A stretch of 64,000 nt of DNA, from assembly GCF_009914755.1 (NCBI RefSeq), contig NC_060946.1. One strand, given 5' to 3'. The notes under the pieces were generated by a model. That model saw only the letters and a program-made list of their open reading frames with translations, searched no databases and was not told the DNA's origin. The stretch's first letter is position 1. Every line of letters begins with the position of its first letter. Origin of the DNA: the human T2T-CHM13v2.0 reference genome, Homo sapiens. Position numbers and translations under genes: made by a program. Below are positions 1-13,846 of this stretch, in pieces.

Positions 1-519
1 GACACAGGGCCTGGGTGCCCTCTGGAAATCTGTGTGTGCCGAGGGTGGCCACATGCTCCCCGACCAGCGGTGTTGAGGGCTCTGTGGGCAGGAGGGTCCC
101 AGGGAACTAACGACATGAGGGGGTCTGGGGGTGCAGGCTGGGGACCTGCTCAGTGCAATTCTGTGATGGTTCCTTGCGGTTCAATCTCCCTCACTCCCAG
201 TTATTCCCTCCTAGAGTAAATGGTGGGGTGGGAAGGAGGGGGAAGAGCCAGCGCTCACCATCAGCATGCCGGGGACTGAGTTTCACTCTATGGGAAATGG
301 CAGCCCAGAGGGGCTGTGGAGCAGGATGGGCCTGGGGCTGTCTCAGACAGGTATTTTCTTTTGCTTAACAGGAAGCCCCAAATCTCAGAGATGAAGGGCC
401 CCAGAAAATCCTGCTGGAAAAGGAGCTGAATTCCAGGTGAGGTGAAGCAAAACTAGCCTACCACGGCGGGAGGGAGGGCTTCCTCCAGGAGCAGAGCTTA
501 GGAGGGAGCCCGGCAGTAC

Positions 520-613
520 CTGCTTCGCCCCGGAGCGCCTTCTCCACAGCCACGCCCCTTTCCTCCAGCCGCCGCTGCCTCTCCTCCACCTGCTGCAGCT
601 GCCGCTGGATGAT
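520..613 (-). CDS. MICAL3: MICAL3 coding exon, bMERB (DUF3585) domain (IIQRQLQQVEERQRRLEERGVAVEKALRGEA)
   Basis: tcatag|ATCATC acceptor, GCAG|GTACT donor, 94 nt, phase 0 to 1; characteristic LEERGVxxEKxLR motif. Confidence 0.97.
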
Positions 614-1029
614 CTATGACAGACAGCACAGACTGAGCACCCGGCTCTCCAGCCCTGCTTCAGGAGGACACACAACTCCACACCCACACGAGGGGAAACA
701 CAGGAGTTGCCGCTCTGGAAAGGGCTCTAGTCTGTGGGCGGTGCGCTCAGGGTGTGGCGTGGAGACCACCTGCACCAGAACCACCTAGCTTGTGTAGACG
801 CCAGGCTCCGGGCCTTGCTAGTTAGCATCAAAGCGCGTGGACGTGACTCAAGTAGTGACCACCCTCCCAGGAGTGTTGCAGAGACAGGAAGTGGATGTAA
901 TCTGTGGCAGGAGGGGCCTGAGTACCAGAACCTCAGACTGTTCTCACGGCAAGACTGCTAGAGTGCTGGAGGGGGTTCCTGAAGAGTGCAGTGGAAATCC
1001 CATCTTTACGATAAAAATTTAAAACAGAA

Positions 1030-1331
<302 letters not shown>

Positions 1332-1557
1332 TAGAAATCTACAGTGGTCTAGATTCAGGGTCTGTGCAGCCTGAAAACAAGCTGGAGAATGGGAGGAGAG
1401 CTCTGACCTCTGACCTCTTCCCACAAAAATCCCAGGCCTATCAGAGGCTGAGGGGCCACAAATGGACTCCTGGTGACAGTCCTCACAATTGAATGAGGTG
1501 ACTTACAATGATTATTCTACAACAAGGGATTCGGGAAACTCAATGCAGGGTTCTTCC

Positions 1558-2173
<616 letters not shown>

Positions 2174-2378
2174 CTGCTCTTCCCTTTTGACTGACAGCTC
2201 CACCAAGGCAGGGCCTCTGTGGCTGCACCAGCCAAAGGTGACCTGGGTGGCAGGGAGGCCCGTCTACCTCTGCTCTGCTCTGCACTGTGCTTGTGTGGCA
2301 GGGAGCAGCTGGGTGGATAGGGAGATGCTGCCCAACCCTCCCATGCATGTGCCCTGGTCCCATCCTCCATGGTTTTAC

Positions 2379-2489
2379 CTGGGCTCGATGCAGCCGCTTA
2401 AGCTCCTCCTGCTTGGCCTGTCTCCGAGCTGCCTTTTGCACACGCCGGGTCAGCTTGGCATTCAGTTCCTCCTCCGTGTAGGTTCTTGG
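2379..2489 (-). CDS. MICAL3: MICAL3 coding exon, start of C-terminal coiled coil/bMERB region (PRTYTEEELNAKLTRRVQKAARRQAKQEELKRLHRAQ)
   Basis: tctccag|CCAAG acceptor, CAG|GTAAA donor, 111 nt, phase 0 to 0. Confidence 0.97.
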
Positions 2490-3434
2490 CTGGAGAGAAC
2501 AAGAGAAACTTCCTCAGTCAGGTGCACGGAGGCCTGGGACAGGGGTGGGCAGCAGGCCAACAGGGGCCTGGAGAGGTCTGTCCCCCATGTCGGAGCTGGT
2601 ACCCGGGCAGATAGGACAAGCTGTCCTCTGTAGAGTAGAGTGCTAGCAGGACGGGGGTGCTGATAGGCAGAAGGCATGAGGTCTGCAGAGTCCCCAGCCT
2701 GCAGCAGCCCTCAGTGCCACGGGCATACCTAAGATCCACAGAGTGAGACATTTCCCCACCTCTGCACAGGGACAGGAGGCTGAGTGGGGACCGACTGTTA
2801 GGCAGTTAAAACAATAAAGGGACACACGCTCCTTTATCACTGAGATCACCTGCTTCCCAAATAAGGATGTCTGGTCATTTTAAAACTTTGTGGGAGTAAA
2901 AACATTGGTAGGCTGTTTCACCAAGCCTCCTGCTTCTAGGAGGCTTACAGGGGAAGCAAAGAGAAATCGGGATCCTTTTATTTTCCTGTTTGGTATCAAA
3001 GGTCACTTTCTTCAGAAGAGCAGTATCCATGAGAGTCTTCCAAGAAATGACACCCAAGTAGAGAGAACAAGGATGTTTCTCTTTTAAGTCAAGTACAGTC
3101 TGAAGAAGGAATTGTGGAGGTGAACCTGGACTGACTCTGGGGTCTGCAGAGGCAGCCGCTGGCCGCTAGGAAGAAGAGAGGTTGTGGCCTGGCCAGGGCT
3201 GTTGCGCCTAGCGCCATCGAGAACAGAAGAGGCAATGGCCCAATCCAGTGCAAGTCCACGGACTGGACAGCCACAGCCCCCTGCCTACGTGGGTGCCAAG
3301 GGCTCAAGGGAGCATCAGATGCTTTGAACAAACCATGGGCAACAAGAGGGGCAAAGATTGGGGATTTGCCTTTATTCATAAGACCCTCTTTATTGCCTCT
3401 AAGAAAATGAAACAAGGAGACTATATAAAAGTTC

Positions 3435-3725
3435 TTTTTTGAGAGAGGGTCTCATTGTCACCCAGGCTGGGGGGCAGTGATACGATCATGGCTCACTGCA
3501 GCTTCAAACTCCTGGACTCACGTGATCCTCCCGCCTCAGCCTCCCGAGTAGTCAGGACTATAGGCGTGTGCCACCTCGCCCGGACAATTAAAACAATTTT
3601 TTTTTGCAGAGACGGGATCTCGTTATATTGCCCAAGCTGGTCTTAATCTCCTGGGCTTAAGTGATTCTCCCACTTCAGCCTCCCAAAATGCTGGGATTAC
3701 AGGTGTGAGCCACCATACCTGGCCA
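3435..3725 (-). mobile_element. Alu (AluJ-like)
   Basis: Diverged Alu consensus in reverse orientation. Confidence 0.9.
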
Positions 3726-4182
3726 ACAAGAAAACTTTTATAGACTTCAAAGAAGACAAACATGACTTGGGGTCTATACTCATAATCTTCACTCGAAGAG
3801 CTCAAATGACAGAGGGTCCCCTGAACAGTCAGTCCCTAAGGGTCATCAGTGGTGTTTCAGCGCTGCACCTTGCTGATCAGAGCTGAGGGCTGCTGAACTG
3901 CCCCTCTCTGGGGTGCCCAGCCCCACAGCGGCAGCTGTGTCCCGACCCGAGGAACCTGGAACAAAATGACCACATGCACTCCAGCCGGTGAGGAGCAGGT
4001 GTCTCATCCTCCTTCCCACTCATGACGTGGCTAACGGAAGTACTGCTGCCAGTGTGTGCCACAGCCCCATGCACGCACAAACACAGTTAGTGAGGATGTG
4101 GCTGGAGGGCCGGGGCCGGCGCCGGGTGGTTAATCACAGACATGCATGCAACGGTGACCAGCTGACAGGAACGAGACACTAC

Positions 4183-4233
4183 CTTTGATGCACATGATCT
4201 CCTGAATGCCAAGGCGTGTGGTACATAAATTGA
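4183..4233 (-). CDS. MICAL3: 51-nt in-frame cassette exon (SIYVPHALAFRRSCASK)
   Basis: ttaaaag|TCAATT acceptor after a 122-nt AG-free U-rich tract, AAG|GTAGT donor, phase 0 to 0 matching the host intron, four downstream TGCATG motifs. Confidence 0.85.
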
Positions 4234-5859
4234 CTTTTAAGCGGATGGCATCAGAAAACAAAACAGAATAGTAATAATAATAATGATTAACAAATTAAAA
4301 ATTAAGAACACAGAAATGGAGCAAAATAAGTTAGAAGTTGAAAACAAACACACAAGACTTAAAACACGAGATTATTTTTCACGAAGTCACACAGGACTGC
4401 CTAGGTAGGAATCTGGGTGTGAAGATCCTAGCGGCGGCGTCTGAGTGGACCTGGTTTTGAATACGGCCGGGGTTCACTCTTTTATTGGGAAGAAACAGCT
4501 TCTTCCTCACCACCCCCAAAACTCGCCTCATCTCACTGTCCCTTGTGTAAAGTTAAAGCCGTTAAAATATGTGATTCTAGATGCTTTTCTCCTTGAGTGA
4601 CCATGTGCTTGTGGAAATTCAGCCCACTTCTTCCTGCTGAATGCTCCGGGGGAGTAGAAGTGGGGTGCGGGAGGAAAGGGGGTCCTGCTCTCAGAGACAG
4701 ACGCAGCAAAACTGGGAGGGAAACCACCCATCTCTCCCAAAAGGCCCTCCGCTGGCAGTGTTCCTGTGTGCCACCCAGCTGCCATTTCTTGATTGTGCCC
4801 AGTAAAGGGAATTGAACTACCATCAGTAAGTGCTGTTCACCAAAAGCACGTCAGGCAGCAGCAGGAGCCTCTTCTCATTCCATCACACCTTGTGCAGAGC
4901 CGCTCTGAGGGTCAAGGTGAGTCACATCTGCTCTTGTGGTCTCACCAGCCATATTAAACGGCTGAAAGGCATTAGGGAAACCAGGGTGTGTGGTGGCGCA
5001 CAAGACAGGGAAGTCCTGAGAATTCCAGGCAGGCTGCAACCACAGCCGCGCTCCCTGTTGCTCCATCCATCCCATCTGTGGGGCGGCCTTGTGCGGAGCT
5101 GTGCTTCCCAAGCCTACAGGCGAGGGAAGAATAAATTTGCCTCCTTCAACTTTGAGCACTTGTGTCCCGCCTGCCTCAGGTGGACCCACCTCTCCCACAA
5201 ATCAGAGCAAGAGAATGTTGTTATGAGAACAAGCCGGTTCAGAAAAAGAGACAGATGATTTCCCGAAGCGGCTGCAAAAAGCCCACAGGAACTATGGACC
5301 ACACCCTAAGGAACAGCACTAACATCTTCACCTATGGCTGATGTCAATAGCAATGGGGGGCAGTGGCTGCCTTCCCACAATCTACCCATTTTCTGGGCTG
5401 GGAGGGGTGAAGTCACCACCCGTCCCTGTGTGCCTGAGGTGGTGGTCAGCCACAGGAGCTGACATTCTGCTGTGAATCTGGATGCGGGGTGGCAGGGTAC
5501 CCAGGCCACACCCTGGTGGGCTGCAGGGCTCAAGAGGCAGCTGCGTTGCTTGTATTTAAAGTCAAATGGGAGCAATTAGAAAAGAGGTAAACGCAAGTTC
5601 TCTCTTGTAGGTCGGGCTACAGGTGACTTTTTAAAAGTCTGAATTATCCTAAATTTTCTATAATAAACATTTTAAATAAAAAATAAGTATTTTGACTGGT
5701 TTAAAAGTTTATAACAAAACAAAACCCAGGCTCTTGTTTCACAGATGCTGTGAGGCGGGAGGAGGCGTCTGCTGCTGGAGTGGCCCCAGGATCCTGGCCT
5801 GGCAGAAGGGGCTTCCTTCTTCCGAGGCAGGTCAAACCCCATCCTCACTTTAGAGCCCC

Positions 5860-6290
5860 TGTTCCCCACACTTACTTTGAAAGATTTAAACCCACAGGAA
5901 AGTTGAAAGAGGAAGACAATGAACACCCACATGCCTCTCACCTGTGTCTGCCAAAGGTTACCATTTTGCCACACGCTTCATCTATATGTCATCTTTTATA
6001 TGACCTTTTGTAATGAATCATTGGTAGATACCACGACCCTTCGTCCCTAAACGTTTTAGGATGGACTTTCTAACAACTCAGACATTTTCCTATATAACTT
6101 TCCTACATAAAAGTACATTAACAGTGCCTTTATCACTTGCAAGGAACTTAACAATTTGATAATATTACACATTTATACTATCATCCAGTCCTCAGTTGAA
6201 TTTAATTGTTCCCAAAATGTCCTTTATGGCTGTTTTTGTTTGGTTTGTTTTCCTCTTTAGCATCCATGTCTTGAATAGGCACAGCACCCA
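5860..6290. mobile_element. Old LINE-1 (L1MC/L1ME-like) 3' fragment
   Basis: AT-rich sequence resembling old L1 3' ends (ttgttcccaaaatgtcctttatggctg); recognised by eye only. Confidence 0.45.
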
Positions 6291-6362
6291 GCCCTCGCTC
6301 AGGCTGACTCCATACCATGCGGAAGTCAGGTCAGCTGCCCGTGGCTCGGTTGTCTCCCATGT

Positions 6363-6730
6363 CATCTGTCTCCTAGGTTGGCCTTCCCCTAGGTCATTCA
6401 TCCCCTAGCCTGGCCGTCCCGTAGGTCATCCATCCCCTAGCTTGGCCATCCCATAGGTCATCCATCCCCTAGCTCGACTGTCCCGTAGGTCATCCATCCC
6501 CTAGCCGGGCCGTCCCGTAGGTCATCCATCCCCTAGCTCGACTGTCCCCTAGGTCATCCATCCCCTAGCTTGGCCGTCCCGTAGGTCATCCATCCCCTAG
6601 CTCGACTGTCCCCTAGGTCATCCATCCCCTAGCCTGGCCGTCCCGTAGGTCATCCATCCCCTAGCTCGACCGTCTCCTCGATCCTCAGCCGTCCTCTAGG
6701 TCGGCCATCCGCTAGCCTGTCTGTCCCCCA
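6363..6730. repeat. 32-bp minisatellite, 9 core copies plus degenerate flanks
   Basis: AGGTCA recurs at 6391, 6423, 6455, 6487, 6519, 6551, 6583, 6615, 6647. Confidence 0.97.
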
Positions 6731-8365
6731 GGCTTGGCTTTGGCTTTAGTATTCCGTATGTGACGTCTAGCAAACGGCTTTGCCTCTGTGGGTGCCCCTA
6801 GAGCGTGAGGCCTTAGAGGCCGCCCTCTGGCTCTAGGGTTCCATGACTGGTGTCCATGGCTTGTTCCTGGGGTCCTGTTCCTGTTTCTCCCTTGCTCCTT
6901 GTATCTGCTGGGCCCTGGGGAGGCTCACCAAGTACCAGCCTTGGCACAGCCAACCCAGGCAGTAGGTGCTTCATGGATGGAGAAGCAGTGGGCATACTAC
7001 CCACCACAGCAACGTGAGGGAGGTGGGTGGCCAAGCTGACACAATAGGTTGAATGTCCACACTGTCACCACTGAGGCAGTGAGCTTGGGACCACATTCTC
7101 CATTCTTTGCTGACCCCCTAAAGCAGCACCCATCACCAGTATTGGGATGTGTTTAGGGACCCACATAGAAACCCAGGGGAATTCTCAGCTCAGCCCCAGT
7201 GCAACTGGGAAAGCTCGACTGGAAGCCTTGATGAAGGCACACTCTCCCTGTCCCTGAGAAGGCGCAGATCCCAACCCTAACTCAGTTGCTGGCCTGGCTG
7301 GGGCACCAGGAAGCCTGGCTCTGTAGAGGGTGGAGCAGGAGGAGAGGCCTGGCTCTCTAGAGTCTTCTAGGAGAGGGGCCAAAGAGCCGGAAAGGCCAAG
7401 GGAGACGAATGCACCAAGGAGGGGATGCGAAATAAAGCGTCTGGTTTGCTGAGTTATTTAAAGAGGAACTGGATCAGGCTGCAGGAGCCATCTTCACCAA
7501 ATGGGCACGTGACGGGCTCAGGCGCACCAAGGCCCGCCCTGACTGGGCTATTGGACGGCAGGAGAGGGCAGACTCAAGTCCAAGCCCTAGAAGCCTTGCA
7601 ATGAAGGCATGCTACATTCTCGGGAAGCTTTTGACGCAAAAGGGAGGCAGGAAGCAGGAGACAGCCGGGTTGCCCCCAGCCAGGAGGAGGAGCACAGGCC
7701 CCAGGGCTGGACAGTGGAGGTGGGGTGACATGATACTCCGCAGAGCTCCGCCCACCCTGTATGCTGACAGGTGCCTGTTAGAGTGTGCTCTGATTCCTCT
7801 CCCTCCACCTTCACTGGATCCACCCAAAGTCCTGGGCTCTGGAAAGTGAGGGGCTGAGTCAGACCTAGCAGCCCTGCAGGTCAGTTCCTGGACCAGTCCT
7901 TTAAGACGACAAACCCTCCCTAACTATCAAACCCACCAAACGGGCAGGACCAGGCACAATGCTCTGTGCCTAAGGTCCCAGCTCCGCCAGCAGCCCTGGA
8001 CTGCGCAGTGTTCTCCAGGCCCTGGGGCTGGTGGGCTGCTCCCCGCGGGATCACCTATGAAGAAAGACAATGCCAGGCTGCCTCCTCCAGAGAAGGGGAG
8101 TGTGACACAGGAATGGCTCCAGTCTTTTCTTCTTCACAAGAAATCAGAAGCCCTTGCTGTGGATGCCAACGGCCCTAGCTCCCATGTAGAAAGCCCAGCG
8201 TGACCGCCTCAGTGCATAGGGCTGGGTCAGCAGTCAGCTGGCTATGCGCCACTAGCTGTCCATCCCTGGCTTGCGGTTTGCTCTCCCTCTCCTCTACCCC
8301 ACCAAAGCCCAACAATGAACAGACAGGGCCCCAGGCCCTGTGAAGCCCCCTGCCTGACTACCCAC

Positions 8366-8460
8366 CTCTCGCCGGGACTTCTGTGAGGACTTCTCAAGGA
8401 CATCGTCGCTGGAGAGGTCTGAGTCCTCGGAGAAGCTCAGCTGGCGCCGGAGCTGCAGCT
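8366..8460 (-). CDS. MICAL3: MICAL3 coding exon (ELQLRRQLSFSEDSDLSSDDVLEKSSQKSRRE)
   Basis: ccacag|AGCTG acceptor, GAG|GTGGG donor, 95 nt, phase 1 to 0. Confidence 0.95.
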
Positions 8461-8986
8461 CTGTGGAGAGAGGGAGGCCACGTGAGGACAGCGCCAGACA
8501 GCAGGCGCAGCCCTCTCCTGCTCCTATGCTCCCATGTGCAGCCAAGGAGGCCGGGTGGGGGGCTGGATTCATTTTAGTTTAAGGGATCCATCCCCCATCC
8601 TGGGGAGCCAGGAGCTGGGACACCAACCTTTGCCTGGGCAGGGCAGAGCTGACGCCAAGCGGGTGGCACCTAGGCCTGCCCAGCCCCTCCTGGTAGCACT
8701 GCCCTCTGCCCTGTGCACGAGTGGGCCCCTCTGGGGTCGTCTGACTTTAGGAAGGGCACAAACCTCCACAGTCTTCCTGGTCCGGTTTCAAGCTGGCTTT
8801 GAGAATTCTGTTACTAAGCTGGCTATGCCCTGTGAACCCATGGTTCAGTCCCTTCTCCAGGTCAGCACGGCTCCTGAGAACCCTCGGCGGGGAGCGTGTG
8901 AGTGTGGATCCTGAGAGCCCCAGTGACCCCAGCCCCTCCCGCACCCCTCCCGCTCTGCCTGCACGCGGACCCGGCTGCTGACGCAC

Positions 8987-10805
8987 CTGCCCTTACGACG
9001 GGAAGCACCCTGTGCTTTCCAGAGTCCACCGTGGCCCCGCTGGAGGGGGTGCTGGGGCAGGACTTGTCGTCGGCCTTCTTCTTCTTGTCCTTCTTGTACC
9101 CGGAGAAGACGGACTTCCACAGGGACTTGGGTTTGGCGGCGGCTTCTTCTAGGAGGTTGGAGCTGGGCTTCTCCGGGGGCCGGCCCTCGCCTTTGGACTT
9201 CTTCTCCTTCTTGTTTCTGCGGGGGGAGAAGAGTGACGACCTCTTCTTGCTCTTCCCACTGGAGCCCTCGGATGAAGTGAAAGAGCCATCTGGGCCCCCT
9301 GAGTCCGACGGCGGGGAGAGGACCTCCTCGCTGGTGGCTTCATGCTTCAGGGTGGGCTCCTCGGAGCCCCTGAGAGTGGGGCGTGTGGGGGAGTCAGGCC
9401 GGCGCTCCTTGCCCTGGGAGGGTGCTGAGGACGCCTTGCGGGGCCTGGGGGCGCCTGAGGCCAGCTCCATCTGCTGCATCCTGCTCAGCTGCCTGGCCAT
9501 GGCGTCCCGCAGCGCCTGGCTCTTCACGGACTTCTCCCTGGCTCGCATGCGCTCCTCGGCCAACTCCTTGGCTTCCGCGGACACCAAGGGCAGCCCCCTC
9601 TTCTGTGGCTGCAGCGTCCCCTCCAGAGCAGGCAGCCTCCCGTTCTCCTTGGCCAGGGGCGGGTGGCGAGGCTTCTCGGGGCGCGGCCAGCAGGACGGGG
9701 GCGTGAAGAATTTCTCCTGCAGGCTTGAGTCCTCAGTCTTGTCGTCATAGGTGTCCTCCACATCATCAGCAAAGGGAATCTCCTCCACGCTCTCCACAAA
9801 CGACTTCCGCACCTCCTCTCTGGGGGGCTGAGCAGGCTCCCGGGGGGGCCGCATCCAGGTGGCGGGCAAGGGCGGCGGGACCACCGAGGCATTGGGCTCG
9901 GCCTCCCTGAGCTTCCTCCGCAAGGTGGCGGGCTCCTCGCCCGGGGGTGGCGGTGGGGGCGGGCTGGAGGGGGGCGTGAGCATGGCGGAGTCCGAGGTGT
10001 TGAAGCTCTGGCTGCCCAGTGTCTTCATGTTGGAGGAGCTCCCGTGCAGGCCCAGGCCAGAGCTGCTGGACAGCTCCCTGCGCTCCTCCTGGGCGCTGCG
10101 TAGCTCTCTGTCGGACGGGGACCGGGGGGTTGGCAGGGACAACGGCTCGCCTTCCGGCTTTGGCAGGCCCAGCCTTTTGGGGATGGACAGAGGCTTGAGA
10201 AGGTGGAGTCCCTCATCCTGGGGGGACTTTTCAACGGAATAGGATTTGAGGGACACTGGCCTGAAGGCAGGCGTGGGGAAGCTGGGCTCGGGCCCCTTGC
10301 TGCGGTCCACAGGTGTGAGCCCGAGGCTGCGGCGGATCTCCGCACTCTTCATCCAGAACTCCTCCACCAGGTCGCTCCGTCTGAGGGCCTCATCCACAGC
10401 AAGGGGGCTGCCCAGTCTGTCCTTGGTGTCACTTTGGCTTTGGACAGGGAGAGGGGCCAGTGGGGTGGATGTTTTGGCCGGGGCAGGCTGGAAGCGTATG
10501 GGGGACTGGGTAGGGGATGGGACAGTGGCCTCGGTGGAAGGCTGGGGCTGGGAGCAGATGGGGAGTGGGCTGGGTGGGGGCGTGGAGGCCGCCACGGGTG
10601 GCTGGGGCTGCGGGCTCCCTGGTGAGACAGGAGTCCTAGCTTCTGGCAGGGTCACTGGCTGTGATCGGATGGGAGAGTGCACAGCTTTCAGATCCGAGGG
10701 GGCATCAGCTTTGGGCTTCTCTTTGGGGAGCAAAGGCTCAGGGAAAAGGCGCTCCTCAGGTGATTTCTCCTGGGTGGCGGCAGGGACAGGTGGGAGTTGG
10801 GGCCC
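8987..10805 (-). CDS. MICAL3: MICAL3 large exon, Pro/Ser-rich disordered region with basic clusters (GPQLPPVP...VLPVVRA)
   Basis: tgtag|GGGCCC acceptor, GCAG|GTGCG donor, 1819 nt, phase 0 to 1; corresponds to the 623-aa ORF 8862..10733. Confidence 0.97.
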
Positions 10806-11332
10806 CTACAGGGAAGGAAGACAGAAGCCGCTGAGAAGGTGTGGGCTTTCACGACCAGCAGCATCCTCGGGGAGCCTTCTCACTCAAAGTGCCTGCACCT
10901 GTGCCTGCTGCAGGACTTCCCCGTCCTTCCAGCTGTTATTAGAACAGCTCCAGGAAAACCCTTTCCACTTTCTGCTCCAGGTGTTCAGTGTTTAGAACCT
11001 TAGAACCACTCTGCTTAGTTTAGACAAACTGGGTTTTCAGGATTTGGTTCATCTCAAATACATCCTATATTCTTTGTCCACTCACAGGAACACTGGCCAA
11101 AAGGACATAGAGGAATGCAGTTCTCACCCTCCAGGAGGCCCCAGAGCGCCAAGATCCCTGACGTACGTACAGAGGGGCCAGGACTGTAAGAAGACTTACC
11201 ACAGCTATTTATCACGGTGCATTATGATCAAATTGTCCTCCCTAGGAAGCTCAAAGATGTGCAGAGATTCCTGCACCAGCCCTTATATCACCCCATCCAA
11301 GAGCCTCAAACAAAGCCTCCCCATTTCACAGA

Positions 11333-11835
<503 letters not shown>

Positions 11836-11922
11836 TCACTGAATAGTTCCATGCTTCCTAGAATCCCAAAGACTAAATCAAGCAGATGCAGGCCTTATAT
11901 TCCAGCTTTCTCCCTGATCTGA

Positions 11923-12329
<407 letters not shown>

Positions 12330-12504
12330 AGATGTTGTAAATTTCAATGGTTATACATTTATTTTAACATAATGTTAAAAATGCATTTGTCATATCAAAC
12401 CAACCATCCCATCGATATTATTGCTTTAATTTAAACAAATTTATTTTTAATAAAATATCAAATGTTTTATACCATTTATCATAAAAATTATATTATTTTT
12501 AATA

Positions 12505-12690
12505 TATTATAAATTTATAAAAAATAAATTTGTTCTAATAAATTTTAATAAATTTATATTTATAAACATAAATTTTAATAAATTTATATTTATAAACATA
12601 AATTTTAATAAATTTATGTTTATAAACATAAATTTTAATAAATTTATATTTATAAACATAAATTTTAATAAATTTATATTTATAAACAAT
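12505..12690. repeat. 30-bp AT-rich tandem repeat (~5 copies) within an AT-rich low-complexity block at ~12345-12770
   Basis: Unit ataaattttaataaatttatatttataaac. Confidence 0.95.
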
Positions 12691-13102
12691 TTTAATACAC
12701 CTATGTTTATTATACATTTATTAAATATAATAAATTATTTATTTTTAATAAATTTGTTTAAATTAAACATATGGTGTGTGGTATGTGGACCTAACACAGT
12801 GACACGGGGTAGAGGACTCAGGTTTGGGATCAGAGTGGGGCAGAGGTAGTAGGTGCCACCCAGACGGCCTCATCCCCAAGAGTACTGAGCTGGAACTCCA
12901 AGGCCACTCCTGTCATCAACAGCTCCACTTAGTACAAGGAGGATGATAGTTTTCAGTCTTCCTCAGAATGAGGAGGCCAGCAGGCTATGTTAGCCCCAGT
13001 CTTGGTGGGACCCACACCATGGGCCCTGAAACAGAGAAGTTAATATGTGTCCTTGGGGTCCCATTAGTTCTCTGTACCCCACAGCGAGCCCCAAACCCTT
13101 AC

Positions 13103-13185
13103 CTCTGTTGAGGGGCTGTGGACTGGAATGAACAGAAGAGCTGATTCCTGGGGAGACCGGATGGGGCTGGTGGCTTGGGAGGGAC
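13103..13185 (-). CDS. MICAL3: MICAL3 coding exon (GPSQATSPIRSPQESALLFIPVHSPSTE)
   Basis: ttcag|GTCCC acceptor, GAG|GTAAG donor, 83 nt, phase 1 to 0. Confidence 0.94.
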
Positions 13186-13705
13186 CTGAAAAGAATGAAC
13201 ACAGGGACTTACAAGAGGAAGCCCCCCCATGTGCCAGGAAGGCACCCCTATCAGCCAGCCCCAGAGGGTGGAGGGGAGGGTAGAGGGCGAGTCGCTGAGT
13301 CGGCTCCCAGTTCTCCTGGAAAGCACAGGTTCTCTCAGAGGCCAGGGTCCTGGAACCGTCTTCCCGGGGCTGCCCGGCACTCTCTGCAGGTGCTCCTGTC
13401 AACACCAGGTCAGGCCGTGGGCTTCCTCCATGTGCAGACTCTGCACACAGAGCTTCAGGACAAACCTTCTACCTTCTCCCAGACCCAAACTATGCAAGGA
13501 AAGGGCCTTTGGCCAAAGCAACTGCAGCAGCCTGTGGCACAGGGAGGGTGGACAGAGGAGGAAAAGGCAAGGAGCTGCCCACACCTCGGAGGCTGGTGTG
13601 CACCATGGCTCTGCTCTGAAGCGCCTGGCCCCTGAGCCACTCTTGTGTGCATATGGCCCTCGTAGGAATTCTGAAAGTTGTTTCTCCCATCAAAGACAGG
13701 CTCAC

Positions 13706-13846
13706 CTCTCTCTTGGTGCTTCGGTGAGGCGGGCAGCTTCTCCTCATCTTCCGACACCCTCAGCTCCAGCTCTGCTTCCCCCTCAGCTGGGCACGGCAAA
13801 CGCAGCTCTCTGTCAGCATCCGACGGGCTGTCAGACCAGTGCTGAT
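13706..13846 (-). CDS. MICAL3: MICAL3 coding exon (DQHWSDSPSDADRELRLPC...KHQER)
   Basis: tgccag|ATCAGC acceptor, AGAG|GTGAG donor, 141 nt, phase 1 to 1. Confidence 0.94.

Noticed and set aside
170-215. Possible small exon after the bMERB exon
   Set aside because: Frame-disrupting length or stop after six codons; weak pyrimidine tract
5500-5580. Possible 48-nt exon QRSCLLSPAAHQGVAW
   Set aside because: Weak AAG acceptor with a poor proximal pyrimidine tract and a weak GTACCC donor
6363-6730. CRISPR-like regular array
   Set aside because: Contiguous tandem units without unique spacers, human context, no cas genes
8991-8996. Alternative GTAAGG donor 10 nt inside the large exon
   Set aside because: Poor exonic context, and it would frameshift the downstream exons
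8902-10995. Long plus-strand ORFs (282 aa, 249 aa and others) opposite the large exon
   Set aside because: Antisense shadows of a GC-rich coding exon; no independent gene signals
12507-12849. Repetitive ORFs (MFININLLKF...)
   Set aside because: Translation of the 30-bp AT-rich repeat
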